Origin: Microbotryum violaceum
Taxonomy: Eukaryota
NCBI GenBank assembly: GCA_001244265.2
Contig: CDLV01000017.1
Coordinates: 434,001-498,000 of the forward strand
Reading direction: 5' to 3'
DNA: 64,000 nucleotides
Position 1 is the stretch's first letter; the number at the start of each line of letters is the position of its first letter. The notes under the pieces are model-generated. The model ran no database searches and had not been told where the DNA came from. It saw only the letters and a program-made list of their open reading frames with translations. Both the position numbers and the translations under genes were made by a program. This document shows, piece by piece, positions 13,728 to 35,168 of this stretch.

Positions 13728-15830
13728 ATGGTCCATCTGCCTCAGCATGACGAGTTCCGCCCACTTCCCTCCACCCAATGCCTTGCAGGCTTGCACCCAT
13801 CGCTTCAAGCATGGACATCCTACCACACACACCACCACCTCTACAACCTCGCTCAGCATCGCCAGTCGGAACAGAGAAGGGAAAACGCCTGACAAGACCA
13901 AGCGCAAGAAGAGCACGACCGTGAGGAGGAGGAGGAAGAAGGTGACCAGCAGCAACAAGGACACGTTCGAGAATGGGGCCACGACGTCGGTCGGAACGGA
14001 GGAGGAGGCGAAGACGAAGAATAAGAAGAGGAGGAGATTATGGACCAAGCGAGTACGGAAAAGGGAGCCATCGTTGTCCCGGATAGCGAGCTGTTCGACA
14101 AGACGTTCGGCTTCAACTTCGGCATTTTCCGCTCTGCAACGAAGAGGCGTCCGAAACGTCAGCCGGGCCCTCCCCTATCACCATCAGTCCAGAGGTCAAC
14201 GCGTCGTCGGAAGGAGCATTCGGAGAAATCCATTGCCGGCCTCCACAAATCATGGTCCGAGCCTTGGACTGACATTGCCGATGGCGCAACGGCGTGGCCT
14301 CTAGACACCGAGACCGGCGGCTTCGAGCACAACTTCAAGCCTAACAGCGCGCCCGACTTTGAGCCCGACTACGACTTCGGTCGCGATTTCGGCGGTGGAT
14401 ACTCATCTGGGCCGGAGCATTCGCCATTCCACCCAGACGGTGCTTCTCAAGACCAAGCGCCCTCTTCACTTAAGCGATCGCGGATCGAGAGGAACGCCAA
14501 GAAGCAGCGCAGTCGTCGCCGGACTGCGAGGGCCGAAGCTAAGACTAGGGCGTCAAAACGAGCTGAACTTCTCCAGGTGTACCTATTGATGAGAAAAAGG
14601 CCAAAGAAGTGCTTCGATAGAGCGGGTTTGTCCCTTCCCCGGACGACGAGGAGTGGTGCGACGCATGTCATGAACGCCGAGTCACCAGAAAGGTCCGGGT
14701 TGTCAACCTGTTTTTTGCAGGTAGGTGCTTCTGTTGCACATCTTTTGTCAATCACCCCTACGCTATCGTCTTGGACTGATTTGATATCCCCCAACCATGA
14801 GCAGGCTGCGAGAACTATGATACTGCCCATGCTATCCCGAGATCCAAACCCTGGCAGCTCACGGTCTTCTCCCGACGTCGTCATCTTCAATCCGAAAAAG
14901 AGAAGGCATCACCGCATTCACCTTTCGCACGATCGAATATCTCGACACCTACTGGGGGTTAGATCCTTTTGGTATCTATGACATGTCCGAAGCGCTCATT
15001 CTCTTTTGGTCCTCTGAATTATCCTCGGAGGATCCTTTTAACAAGGTGGGCTCTGGGACAGGGACAGGCCGGAAACATTCACTGTTTCTTACAGAAAATA
15101 TTGGAAGCTTCCCAGGGTCCAACCGTGCGTCAGCATCTTCAAGCCGTAATGGATGAATATTCATTTATGCAACAGCTGCAGGCAACTTTTACCGCCGAAA
15201 TTCTCGGCCTCTCCCTGCGCGAGCGTCTGGCCGACGTTTGTCCGGCATGTTTTGGGCCTCGGATCGATGAAGCCGGCAAGAGCGAGAATGACCTCGATGT
15301 CATCATTGCTGTCGACGGCAATTTTCAGCATCGACGATTCGCGCGGGCAACTGCTGATCCTCTCAAGTCACGTCCAGCGTTATTCCTGTCACCAGACAAG
15401 ATTCGAAACGAGCAAGCTTTGATCGACGGATCGATTGAAGCGGGCGAGAAGGTACCTTGGTGCTGCTGATGTCGGGTCACCCGAACCCAATAATGCGTTG
15501 ACCCGACTGTCTGTGATTGCTAAACGGGCTATTTTATCATACAGGACGAATGCACAGCCAACTGGAAGGCCGCAGATGGTGGTGTGACCTCCGCTTCGTC
15601 AAATGTAGTGGCCGACACAGGCCTCGTTGCTGCAGTGTGCCGTCATGGTCATTGCCTGCGACTTTGCAACCTTCATCACTCAGGTGAAAAGTATGTGTGG
15701 ACCGGCTATCCGTGACTCCAGGCAAGGACACATATAAGCGAGTTTGGTCTACCGCAGGTTAGTATATCCGTGTCGCTGTTGAAATGGATTCTCGAAGAAG
15801 TTGAAGTCGGAGAAACGGATTGTACTACGG
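13728..15830 (+). pseudogene. CxC1-like cysteine cluster + KDZ transposase; intron-containing, with stops/frameshifts, truncated near 15830
   Basis: YCPC..Q.LAAHGLLP...TAFTF (CxC1-like, ~14820-14930); CPACFG...IIAVDGNFQHRR (15240-15340); C...WKAA...DTGLVAAVCRHG...GEK (15545-15690). In-frame stops at ~13890, ~14022 and ~14818. Confidence 0.85.
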
Positions 15831-15849
15831 GGCCTGCGCGTACCAGTGA

Positions 15850-18045
<2,196 letters not shown>

Positions 18046-18080
18046 TGATCCAAACTTGAATTGACTTCAGTCAAGGGGCG

Positions 18081-19007
<927 letters not shown>

Positions 19008-19010
19008 TGA

Positions 19011-20489
<1,479 letters not shown>

Positions 20490-20508
<19 letters not shown>

Positions 20509-23500
20509 CTCCCACCGGTCAAAGAGACTAACAAGACCATTCCAAGTAGCGCACAAAGTTGATCAAAGCGTTGAAATCCCAAAGGCTTCGTCATAATATC
20601 CGCGGCATTAACGTGGGTAGGGCAATATTCAAGTTCGACCTCGCCAGAAGCAACCCGTTCTTGAACAAACAAATGAGCAATGTCGAAGTGCTTGGTTCGC
20701 ATGTGATCGACCGGATCCTTGGCGATCTGGATGCATGCGGCGTTGTCCTCTTGAATGATAGTAGGCTGTGCTTGTGGAATGCCGACATCACCAGCCAAAC
20801 GACGGAGCCAGATTGCTTCACGAGTGGCTGAGGATGCAGAGAAGATTTTGGCTTCGGTAGTGGATGTAGCGATCATAGATTGTTGCTTCGACTGCCAGGA
20901 GATAACGCCGCCAGCGAGCATTGATGCATAGGCTCCCACCGATCTGCGAGATTCCGGGTCATCCGCAAACGAGGCATCGGAGTAGACCATCAATCGAGTT
21001 GTGGAACTGTTTCGATAAAGAATTCCCAAATTGATGGTGCTGTTGAGGTAGCAAAATATATGCTTGTCCGCAGCCCAATCATCGACAGTTGGACAGGAGT
21101 TCTTTTGAGCAACGGCACAAACAGCAATCACAATATCGGGTCGACATCGAGTGGACGCGTACTGCAGGGAACCCACAGCCGATTGGTACAATGACACATT
21201 GGCAAACGGAGTAACATCAATTTGAAGTGAGGGGCAATTGTCCATGGGCGTGACTGCACGGCACTTGGATGGAGAAGCAAAATCAAACTTCTCAAGCATA
21301 GTGCAGACATACTTGCTTTGGTGAACAAGGATGTAATCTTTGGTGTGATGAATTTTGAAGCCAGGAAGTAGGAGACGGGTCCGAGATGCTTGAGCTGGAA
21401 GGCCCTGTGAAGCAATCTGAGCTTGGAGTCCAAGAAGGACTGATTGTTGGACGCAATGAGACCGTCGTCAACATAGAGAGTGATGATAGCAAACGAAGTG
21501 CCCGAATGTTTGATGTAGAGGCAAGCATCGGCAGTTGCCCTCATGTAGCCTCAAGACACCATGAGATTGTTGACAGCTCGATACCATTCACAGGGCGCCT
21601 GTTTGGTGCCATACATGGAACCCACGAGCTTGAGGCACTTGCCAGGGGATTGAGGACGATTCCATCCTTTTGGGTATCGAACATAGACATCCTCAGTCAT
21701 CTTGCCGTTGAGAAAGGCGCAGTCAAAATCGAACTGTTCGAGATACAGGCCCTGAGCAGCAGCCAGAGCAATCAAGAACAAAATCATCAAAGAACGAGCG
21801 ACAGAAGCGTAGGTGTCATGGTAGTTGATGCCTGGGCGTTGAGCAAATCCTTGAGCAATGAGACGAGCTTTGAAACAAATGATTTTGCCGTTTGCATTGC
21901 GCTTGATACTGTAGACCCAGATCGTGCCGAGTACCCAAATTCCTTCGTGCCACTTGACTTCCTGGGAGACTCCATGATGATTGAATTGTAGAAGTTCTGA
22001 GACCATTGCCCCACTCCAATGGTTGTGATAGGGTGACTTCATGACTTCCTCGAATGTCTTGGGTATCTCGATGTCTTCTTCGGCGAACACGGCAGCACAG
22101 TAGGCATTGTAGGAAAGCTTGTCGTGGAACATGGGTGGAGTATCCAAGACATCGACCATGATAGCCGAAATGATGGGAAGTATATTTTCCGGAGGTTAAG
22201 GTCGACGACGAGAACCAGCAGGAAGGATGTTGGAAGGATCAACATTCTTGAATTGGCCAGGATTTGGACCAGTGCGAACGATGGCGTAACCTTCACGAGG
22301 AGCGAGAGCAACTTCCGCCTCACCGTCAAGTGGTTCTTCTGCATCATGATAGTTATCAGGTTCATCATTGTCGTCATTGTTGTCATCCTTACGAGGAACG
22401 ACTGCAAGATACCCCCGCTGTTGACCAACTCCAATTGGAACCACCGGAGGAGGCTGTGGATCCGGCAAAGTTGGATCCACAACAGGTGAAGTTGGTGTAG
22501 ACGGCAACACATCTGGTGGAGGATGAGGAGGATGAGGAGGTTGAGAATGATGAACGGGATCAGAAGCGTCCGCACAATCTTGAGACAAAGTGACGACAGA
22601 AGGAGTCTCAAGGAATGTGACGTGGCGCAAAACGTAGACCTGTTTCAACGATTGGACCCAGACACGGTAGTTGTATTCACCGGAGTAGCCAATGAAAACT
22701 CCCTGAATGGAGCGAGGTGCAAGCTTGGAGCGACGCTCCTTGGGAACGTGGACAAACACCGTAGATCCGAATGGCTGAAGATGAGCAAGACTAGGCTTCT
22801 TGCCGAGAAGAACTTCGATTGACGTTTTTCCTTGAATACGAGGATGTGGTCGATGATTGAGAACAAATGTCACGACGGCCAGAGCATCTGACCAGAATCG
22901 CATGGGAAGACCGGAGTCGAGGAGCATTGATCGAACGAGACCCATGAGAGATCCATTGAGTCGCTCTACTTGACCATTTTGCTTCGGAGTATAGGGGGCC
23001 GTGAATTCCACGATGATGCCCTGCTTTTCAAGAAGAGCCCGGAACAATGAGTTGTCGAATTCACGACCATTGTCCGATCTGACCCTCTTGATTTTCTGAC
23101 CCGTTTGACGCTCGGACTCGGCTTGAAATTTCGACCATGCTTCGATAATCGTCTCAGCCCTCTTGTCCTTTAGCACAATCGTCCATTTAGCCGTCGAATA
23201 CTGATCCACGATAGCGAGATAGATAGTATTGCCATGGTGATTGGGATGTTTGACAAACCCAAGATTGATGAAGACGCGGTAGAGTGCATGAGGCGCTTCG
23301 GTACTCTTGTTGGAGAAGGGTGATCGCTTTGACTTGGCCTGGATGCACGAGAAGCAAGGAGTAACCTTTTCGTCCTTCAGAGTGATGCCAGTGATAGCCC
23401 CGGATTTGACGGCCAAAACGATCGCCGCAGGAGATTGATGGCCCAACTTCCGATGTGCTTCCATCAACGTACAGGTTCCAGTGAGACGATTGGCTCCGAC

Positions 23501-24904
23501 CATTGAAGGCGGTGAGGATGACATGATAGGCTGAACGGGAGTTGCATCCATGACAAACCCCCGACCAGGAAGCGAGCGCAGAATCGACTTGCCGCGGATG
23601 CTGAAAATGAGATTGCTTTGGGGACCAACAGCGTACGTCATCGATTCCAACAGACGGTCGATGGAGATAAAACCGCATTGAGCACCGGGCATGTAGTAGA
23701 CCCTCTTAATGGTGATACGAGCGCCATATGAGGTAAGAAACGTCACTGAGCCATGACCGGGAGATTCGATTTGAGATTGATCGGCGACAGAAATTTTGAG
23801 AGGCTCAGAGACAATGTCCGATAGGACCGACTTGTCTCCAACGCAATGGACCTTAGCACCCGAGTCAATGATCCATGGAAAACGTGGCATCGTTCGCGAA
23901 TAGGGGAAAGTGTAGGTCATCAATGCAGATTCATCTACACCAATGGCAGCTACGTTCGAATTTGAGTCCGAGGAAGCGGGAGCGCTCGCATCCTTGTTCC
24001 TGCTTGGATAGAGACGCCAACCACGCTCGTGTCCCAGTGCTTTGCAGCGCGAACAATACGACTTGGAGTAGTCCTTTTGCGCCGTGGTGGAAATACGGGC
24101 GACTAGGCTAGTATCGTCAATGATCCGAGCGGATAACGATTCCTTTTGTTTGTTTCGGGAATCAGCCATTTCGACGTTCATCAGGAGTTTCGGATAGAAC
24201 GTGTTCCAATCCATGTGGATGTCGATGTCGGAGGCAAGGTTCCCAACGATCGAGTCATACTGGGCTGGGAGCGACCGAACGAGCATGCCTGCAAACAGCC
24301 AATGCGGAAGCGGAGCTCCGAGGTTCTGAAAATCGGTCATGGCGATTTTGACCTTGTTGACGAATTCCTTAAAGGGAATATCCCCAGAGTAAGGTTGCGC
24401 TAGAGTGTTGAGGAGGTCCATAGTGCGACTCGGGCGACCGTGAGAGTGGAGACCACGGAGGGTGTCCCACATCTCGTACGCCGAGGTAAGATGAATCAAG
24501 TGAGACATCTGTTCCTCAGAGATCGAATTGGCGATGTACTTGCATGCCAAATCGTTGCGGCGGATGGCCCGTTCGCGATATTCCGCGACCTTGTCCGCAA
24601 CTTGAACGCTGGTGAGCCTGGGCGAGGCGTCCGAGTGCGCAGAACCAGAGCCCCCCCCAAGCCCGCTAAAGCCGGAGGAGGCTGGTTCAACTGGCGCGAC
24701 GGACGCAGTTGCATGTGCGATAACGAGCGTGGACCGATAGTCCGCGACAAGGGAGTCGATGGATTGATTGACGACATCCCATACTTTGTCGGCTCGAAGA
24801 TTGATAAACGCACATTGTGACCAGCTCTTGTACCCTTGTGTGTCCTTGAGATACAAGCGATTGCCCGACCCGTTGGGGAAGTCGGATTCGCCCGTTGAGC
24901 TCAT
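20490..24904 (-). pseudogene. Copia B gag-pol with frameshifts and a stop
   Basis: WIIDSGA, HRKLGH, RSDNGREF, QNGQVER, FKARLIAQGF, LYVDD, YSDASFADD and ADIMTKPL are split over ORFs 22196-24919, 21551-22159, 21128-21544 and 20490-21299. Confidence 0.92.
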
Positions 24905-24908
24905 AACC

Positions 24909-25513
<605 letters not shown>

Positions 25514-26230
25514 TTTTTTTTTTTTGGGGGGGGGGAGGGGCTCATAAACTGCTATCCTTCGGGTTGGCTGGGACCGCTACAAAAGGAGCTAAAGGAGGTT
25601 ATAAAGCAACGACGGCAAGCAGTTGGGTGAAAGTCAAACCCCTGCGCGCAAAGAGCGCTGCGCAGATCAAAACCCGCCGAGCACCTAACGCGGACTCCAA
25701 CGGGCGGTGAGTACTGCTGCCGCTTCACGTCCCAAGAGCGGGAGCGAAGATACTCGAAAACCAGGCAAGAGCGCCTAGAGAAAGAAGGGGGAGAGTATAC
25801 AGAAAGTCACGACTGGGGATACGGAGAACCAGGAATACTAAGACAGAGAGGAGGGGAACACACCCGAGGGGCCAAGGGACGGGGTCGAAGCCGGAGGTAG
25901 AGGTCCCCAGGGACTAACAGGCCGCAGCCAAGCCCCAGCTAGAGAATTCTTCAGCTGTCCGTCAGGATTGAGTAGATAGAAGGATGAGGTTGATGACTGG
26001 CACTCTGCTCTCAGCCCTGCTACAAGGGATCTCAGTTGGCACACCAGACAAGAGCACTCACTCGGATGAGCGCCAAAGGAAATAGACTCTGCTGGAGAAC
26101 CTTCCCTAGATCCCACGCGTATGTCTGACGGTCGCGTCATGGTGGAGCAACACAATTAGGCCCATGAGGAGGGAGATGTGAGGCGGGGAAACGCGTCCAC
26201 ATACCTCCAGACGGCAATAGCATCGATGTT
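25514..26230 (-). mobile_element. Putative poly(A)-tailed retro-insertion (5'-truncated LINE 3' end or SINE-like)
   Basis: T12 followed by G10 on the + strand (...CCCCCCCCCC-A12 on minus), abutting the LTR. No recognisable ORF, and the far boundary is a guess. Confidence 0.35.
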
Positions 26231-26789
26231 TGTTCAACAGGCGCGGGGAGGTTTCAACGTATTGAGATGCGGGGCGTGGCGTGGGTCAAGAATGCGCGTT
26301 GTCGCGTTGACGTGAGTGTGCAGAGGTCAAAGTGTTAACGCAGAGCGCTCGCCAATCTGAGCTCCGCGTGCGGCCGCACAGCCCCGCCTCAATTTTGCCT
26401 CTTCAATTACTCTCTAGGAATTGATGCAGGACTGATTGGCGCTGGACCCAAGTCGACTGTCCGAAGGGGTTTCACTAGATATTCATTTTCTATGATCAGT
26501 GCACACCGTTCAGAATACGCGTTTGTCTGCCCGAGGACCGATCCAGGATTTCAGGGACCACGACCGATCCCTCCCTCGGGCCCAATAGACACGGTGTGTA
26601 CTCCCTCCGTCGAATATGAGAAAAGGTCTACACAGGATCTGTCGTGCACATAGCAGTTGATGGTATACGGAACTACACGAATTGAATGGACTGAGTACGA
26701 CAAGCTGTATGTTATGATATAATTCGAACTTACGACGGAGTCTTCGGAAAGTGTTATTCGTGATGATGGTCAGTCTTACACGAACTAGT

Positions 26790-26929
26790 AGCCCCTTATT
26801 ATTTATGACCATTTGAGGTGCACTGCGCCGGGGTGGGATGGGGTGGGGAGGGCATTGTGCACCCGACCTGTACCAACCTATAACCGGGCCAAAAAACAAA
26901 AAAGCTGCCTTAACTCGCCCGCGCGGGGG
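26790..26929 (-). repeat. Right terminal inverted repeat of the KDZ element
   Basis: The reverse complement ccccgcgcgggcgagttaaggcagctttttt...tttggccc...gttggtac...ggtgcac..tgccct matches 13580 onward. Confidence 0.75.
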
Positions 26930-27644
26930 AGCTCAATTGGCTGGGTTAACGGACGGGCCGATCTGATCCTAGGACTCGGATGCGGAAGGTAGTAGCGCGC
27001 GCCCATTCCAGCGTTCGCCTCCCCCCGCCACACCACCTGAGAATTATCTCCTGTGACAACTTGTGAGTTCGCGATTCTTTTCCTTTTCGGTTTTCTTCGA
27101 TCTGGACCGGGGCTGGGGCTGGAGGAGGACACGGTGGCGGGACTTTGATCCGTGACTTCGGTGGCCATCTATCCGCGTTCGATGCGATCAAGGCGGTCAG
27201 GCCGGGTCGGGGTTGTGGTGCGAAGCGAGTTCCCGGGCCTCTCTGTCGGCTCTCGACCTTTCGGGGAGGAAAGGCCGCTGCATTTCGAGACTCGACCCGG
27301 TGGGATACGGTGTATCTACGGGGTGGCTACGGTCTTCTAGGAGCTATCGCGTTGGTGCTCCGTGTATGCGTTAATCCCCGGATAGGTCCTCACGGCGGGG
27401 ACAATGTGCTCGCAGGTGGCCACGTTGCCTCCCGCTCGATGGGGCGCGATTCCTGGCCGGGCCCAGCCAGCTTGCAGCCAAGCGGCCATCCGTCCGCACT
27501 GTAGGCCAACGCCGGCTGCGAAATTTCTCTTTGGGCGCCTGAGCCAGTTCGCATCGCGTTGCGTGCGCTAAATCCTGCCTTTCTCTTCCTCTCTCCTTCC
27601 CTCAAGCCCTACTCACTTAGCTACATCTTCATACATACATCAAC

Positions 27645-29983
<2,339 letters not shown>

Positions 29984-30399
29984 ACGTTGTCTTGGTCGTC
30001 GCCCTCGCTGGGCCTCGGTCCCCTCATCTCGAGCTCCGCCTCATCCGGAGGGGCAAGGGGGTGAAAACCAGAGCCCTGGCTTCGTGTCGTCTGGTGCATG
30101 TTTTCTTTTCTCCATGGCTTCTCATTGGCCTGCTGCGCTTCGTTATCGTCACTTCGCCTCTCCGTTTCGGATAGCCCGACTCTTCTAGACGCCCCGTGTT
30201 CTCCTACCCCCTAATTAGGGGTCGTTCGTCGCCCCGAGTCTTTCTAGTCGTGTTTGGGCCCCTCTGAAATGTGAATCAGGTTGTTGTGCAGGACATAATA
30301 CAAGGAGCTCGACGACGAGATTGTTACAAGATGTGACTGGCGGAGGGAGGCGCGCGCTGGAGCTGGAACTGACGGGCGCTCCTTTTTCTAATGTTTTGC

Positions 30400-31000
30400 A
30401 CCTAATATATTTCAATAACAGTCCTTGTATTGAGGCCTAGAAATCACTGGACAAGTCCGAGTCGGCGAGTCGGAGGAGATGCATTCAAGCACACTCTGGC
30501 TAGGCTAAAAGTGTAGAACTCGTTCCTGCAAAAGAGCCCACCCTAGTACCCACTAGAAGAAAACTTTGGGTATTGTCATTAGAGATACGAGGCGACGACC
30601 CTCAGTGGATGCCTGCAGTGGATCAACGCCCGTAGATCTCGTTCCGGTGCTCGGTTCCAAAGGTTCCGACGAGAATCGGAGGCGGCGGGAAAGCTTTCAG
30701 ATCGAGTGGAAATAGGAGAGAACAAAACTCACCCAGTCGACGCTCCAAGCAAGAGACGACCGGGCTTAGTACGAAGTCGGGAATCGAAGCGGGTGTCAAA
30801 GGGGCCGGGAGACCGGGGAAAGAGCGGTCTAACTTCAAGACGCTGAGCGAGCGGGCTGCCAGCACTGTAGCCGACTGGAAAATGTGCCAGAGACTCGGGT
30901 GCGCTCGTGAGGCACACCAGGCAAGATGCGGACTGATTGTTGACGTGATTGTTGTTCGGGGACGCGAGTTGTTCACCTGCGGTGGATCCGGAGGGATCCC
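30400..31000 (-). mobile_element. Degenerate 3' fragment of an L1-clade LINE related to the element at 43.9-49 kb
   Basis: NNQSASCLVCLTSAPESLAH and PVVSCLERRLGE parallel NNRSTSCVMCLSEAPECLVH and PVVSRSERRLVE at 44.0-44.4 kb. The 3' UTR at 30410-30530 resembles 43900-44010. Confidence 0.8.
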
Positions 31001-32017
31001 GGGGATTGATCTTGGCTTTCAAGCTGCCTCTGCATCAGTTGCCCTACTTCCAATCGTTCCTTGCTACTGCATGATCGGGGACGAGCTAAGCTGAGCCTCT
31101 TCGGACGAGTGAAGTCCGGACGATTGCCCCCCACTGACACTCTCACGTACCTGCTCCCACTTGGTCCCTTGCACTGACCTGCAACCTGCAAATTTCTTCT
31201 CGAAGTGCAGGCGGTCACTTAGATTCGACCAGTTCTGACGCGGTCATGATGACACTAATGCGAACGAGTTGACTGGTGGAAGCGCTGCCAGCGTTGTCGC
31301 ATTCGACTTCTTTAAGTGGGAGAATGCGGAAGGGGAGGGCAGCGAGGAGAGATAGGGGCGACGTGCGATGTTTGAAAATTTCTCGGATCGCGTTCGCCGT
31401 TCATCGTCCTCTTGACTTTGTACTACTTCAGACAGATTCATCTGAGCACCCCATACGATATTTCCCGTAACCCTAATGGTCCAGTGTCTTCCAGGATGCC
31501 GATTTTTACTTCCGAAGCTTCCCGTTCGTTCCCAGTAACTGGCTCGAACGAGCCGAGGGCATTTGATTTAAAACGAAGTTAGACTCGAGCGTGAAAGAAC
31601 ATTCGACGCGCCGAGTGAGACATTCAGCAGATCTTTAGGGGTCTGCTGTTCACGAGTGGGTCAGATGTTGCCGAGCGGCCGGTCTGAAGCTCTCTTTCCT
31701 CTTTTCTTCTTTCGACGATAGTGGGCATCAGAGACTCAAAGCTGGGGATGATCACCTCTCTTTGGTCTCATTTGAGTAAGAAGATCCAAACAAGGGTGTA
31801 TATATTTCAAGTGAGAACCGCTTATGGGACAGACAAAAGAAAGGGGAGCACAGAGAGTATTCGGAGGGAAGTGAGATTCGGGCCACAGAACAGGAAAAAG
31901 GAAAGCCATCTACTGGGGAGAGAGAAAAAGAAGGCTAATCGGGTGGAGATCGCCTAGATACGTTGGAGGGATGGGGATATGACAGGAGGCGTGGGTTGAT
32001 TTTTACCGAACTCCCCG

Positions 32018-34233
32018 TTACTTCTTGCGGTCAAGACTGCCGGGAAGGGCGTGTTGACGGATGGGGAGCAATGCGAGCAAGGCCATGAACGCCGCGGCGG
32101 TGATGGCGATGAAGACGATGTGCATCGAGTGGTCGTACGCGTCGATCGCGAGGTGGCGCACGTCATGGGGCAAGGTGCGGATGTAGTTGACGTCCGAACG
32201 GATCTTCTCGATCAAGTGGTGCGCGCCCTTTCCAACAATGCGGCGCTCGAGGTCGGACTTGAGCGTATTTTGGAAGATCGAGGTCGAAAGCGAGATACCG
32301 AGAACCGAGCCGGTCGCGCGGAAGAGGTAAGAGACACCGGTCGAAGCGGCCATGTCGGCAGGGGGGACGGCGGCAATCAAAGCGACCAAGGTGATGGTCT
32401 GTGAGAAGAAGCGGAAGTTTGGAAGAGGTCAGTCGATTGATTGAAAGGCCGGAGAGAGAAGTAGAAACTAACGATAATGGCACCGTAAGCGACACCGGCG
32501 GGGCCCATCGAGACCCAGAAGATCCATTCGGCGGTGTGCTGGGTCCAGAACGACATCAAAAGAGGGCCGAGGACGCCGAGTACACCGGCGGTGAGAAGCA
32601 TGAGGCGGTAGTTGCCCGTGCGGGCCATGTAGAGACCAGCGAGGAGCGAGGCGGTCGAGGCGAGCACGGCGTTGGGGATGAGGTACATACCCGCACGCGA
32701 GGTCGAACGCTGTTGCACGGCCGAAAAGTAGAGCGGGACCTGGTAGATGATACCGAATTGGGCCATTGTCGCGAACCAGTTGGTGAGAGAGACCAATCCA
32801 GGGGTGCGCGAGAACAGGATGCGGGGGGCGAGCAGGGGTTCCTTGGCGACGAACTTTTCGACGACGACAAATATGGCGAGAACGAAGAGGCCGCCGATAA
32901 TGGAGCCCCAGACGATGGGAGCGTTCCAGGGCTTCTCGTTACCACCGAGCGAGAGACCGACGAGGAGCAAGGCGACGGAAGCGACGAGCGAAAGCGAGCC
33001 GAGGAAATCGATGCGTTTGATCTTGGTGAGGATGTCGCCGGGGCCGGAGGGGATATCGACCTTCCAGAAGACGATGATGAAGTGGATGACGCAAATGGGG
33101 ACCTGGATCAGGAAAGCCCACCGCCAGCCGATCGTGTCACCGAGCAAGCCACCGACGGGGCCACCGATCGCGGCACCAAGAGCGTAGACGACGTTGCCGA
33201 GACCCTGGTAGACACCACGCTTCCTGAGCGGAATCAAGTCCGAGGTGACGATCGAGGACATGGTCGTGAGTCCACCACCACCGATACCGGCGAAGGCACG
33301 GGCGGCGATCAATTGCGGGTAGGTCTTGGAGAGACCGCAGAAGAGCGAACCGAGGAGGAAGACGATCGAGGCGAAGAGCGTGGCCGGCTTACGGCCAAAG
33401 ATGTCCGAGAATCGACCGTAGAGAGGCTGGAATGCGGTCTGGGTCATGAGGTACGAGGTGCCGAGCCAAGCGATTGAGTTGGACACGCCAAACTCGGAGC
33501 CGATAACGGACAAGGTCGTGGCGACGATCTGTTGCGGAGCGGTAGAGTGTGTGTGTGGGGGGGGGGGGTGGAACCAAGGGTCAGCGCTCCTGCCGAGCAC
33601 GAGGTTCGGACGGAGCCTTGTGATTATCACCTACAGTACCACTATCAGAGACACAAAAGAAATTGATCGAGTCGGAACGATTGCACCGTCAGCTCTTGAT
33701 GTCCTCTCTCTTTCGGCACCTCCGCCCAGGCGCAGCACCAAGGCGGAGACATGGGGCGGAGGCGGAGAAGAGACCCCACGGCGAGACTCACTCGAGGGCG
33801 GACAAGAAGGTACCGACCCACATACCACCGAGGACGATAAAGAGATCGGCACGGAGAGGTTCTTCGGTGATCAAGACTCCAGCAGGTCCACCGGCGGCGG
33901 GAGCGGCCTCGACGTCGTCCTGGGCTTCGGTGCCCGGGACTTGGAAGGCGGAGGCGTTGACGTCACCGTGGATGACGGATTGGATGGCCGACTCGGCGGC
34001 GACGCTGGTGTGGAGTGAAGGTAGGAGGTCAGTTGCAGTATAATGAATTTCCGATGCGGCGAGACAGGAAGGGGAATTTTCTCGGGTTGCGGAGTCGCTC
34101 TCGAGGTAAATCGATGCCGCATCACCCACAGAGGACAGAGAGAGCAAGGAAATGGAACGTACGCGTAGGCATCCGAAGTCGCAGTAGCGGCCTGGGTGCC
34201 GATCAAAGGCGTCGTCTCAGTTGCGGACGACAT
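32018..34233 (-). CDS. MFS transporter, DHA2/Vba-like (14 TM), multi-exon
   Basis: IVAT...IGSEF, WLGTSYL..TAFQPLYGRFSDIFGRK, ARAFAGIGGGG, GWRWAFLIQVP, LFRATGSVLG; ETTPL N-terminal motif. Confidence 0.92.
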
Positions 34234-35168
34234 TCTTGGAAATCAAGTTGAGTGTGGGTGCGAAGAGGGAGAAGGGATGGGGCGGAAGTTGCGGAAAGCC
34301 GACAGCGGCCGGCGCAATTTCTCTCCAGCTAGACGACATCAGCATCGACTTCGCGGGCGCGGGCGCTGCTAGCTGCTAGCTGCTTCTCGCCCCCACTTGG
34401 ACAAGTTTTAGCGCCCCGCCAGATAAGGGCCGTTCGGCCGACCTTCCTCAGACCTTTGCCATTCTTGCGAATTTGAATTCGAGAGTTGTGGCCAAGGGTC
34501 ATGACCTTGCAATATGCCTTTGCACATCACAAAAAAACTCCTGACTTATCCTTTAAACGAGGCAAACAAGGCAAAAAGATGGCAGCACTGCAAGTTTTCG
34601 CCGCTGTGTCAAAAGCTCGATTATCCCGCCGGGGCCCGACGGACGAGATCGATGCGCAATCCCGTAGGCGCGGGTCCCCCGTTCGATCAAAAGTGGTTCA
34701 AGGTTGGCGAGGAGTCGGTGATCTCTCTCCTTTACGAGGTCGACTTCATGGTGGGTGGTAAAGGATTTTCAGCTTCAGGAACCGATCTCAATAGCCCTAG
34801 ATCCGAGGCCCCGTGCCTTTTCGACTCTTCAAGGTCCGAAAATTAGGGCTATTTCGCTTCACCCGAGCCCAAGCTCAAGCTCAAGCTCACAAGTTTCCTG
34901 AGTCGACGGCCGAGTCGGACGTCCCGATCCGTCGGGCGAGGCGTTCGAATAGCCGCCGTCGGGGTGGCAGGGACCGCGTTCGTTCCAAAATCCAAAAAAT
35001 CTATACACTTTGTGGTAGAAAGTCTGCAACCCGAAGACAGTGGCATGGCGTCTTGTGAAGTGGTGTCACGATGTATGGTAGCATCATCCAAGCTACGCCC
35101 TGGCAAGGTGGGTGGAAACAAAATTAGGAGCGCGTCACATTGACCCAGAACAATTGACGTACTCGGGT

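Noticed and set aside
32401-33477. 358-aa plus-strand ORF, and similar long antisense ORFs at 28711-29718, 755-1582 and 51579-52619
   Set aside because: Antisense shadows of codon-biased real genes or TE ORFs; no domain motifs.
34250-35100. Possible MITE, tRNA or small ORF upstream of the MFS gene
   Set aside because: No convincing TIR/TSD pair, cloverleaf or protein motif.
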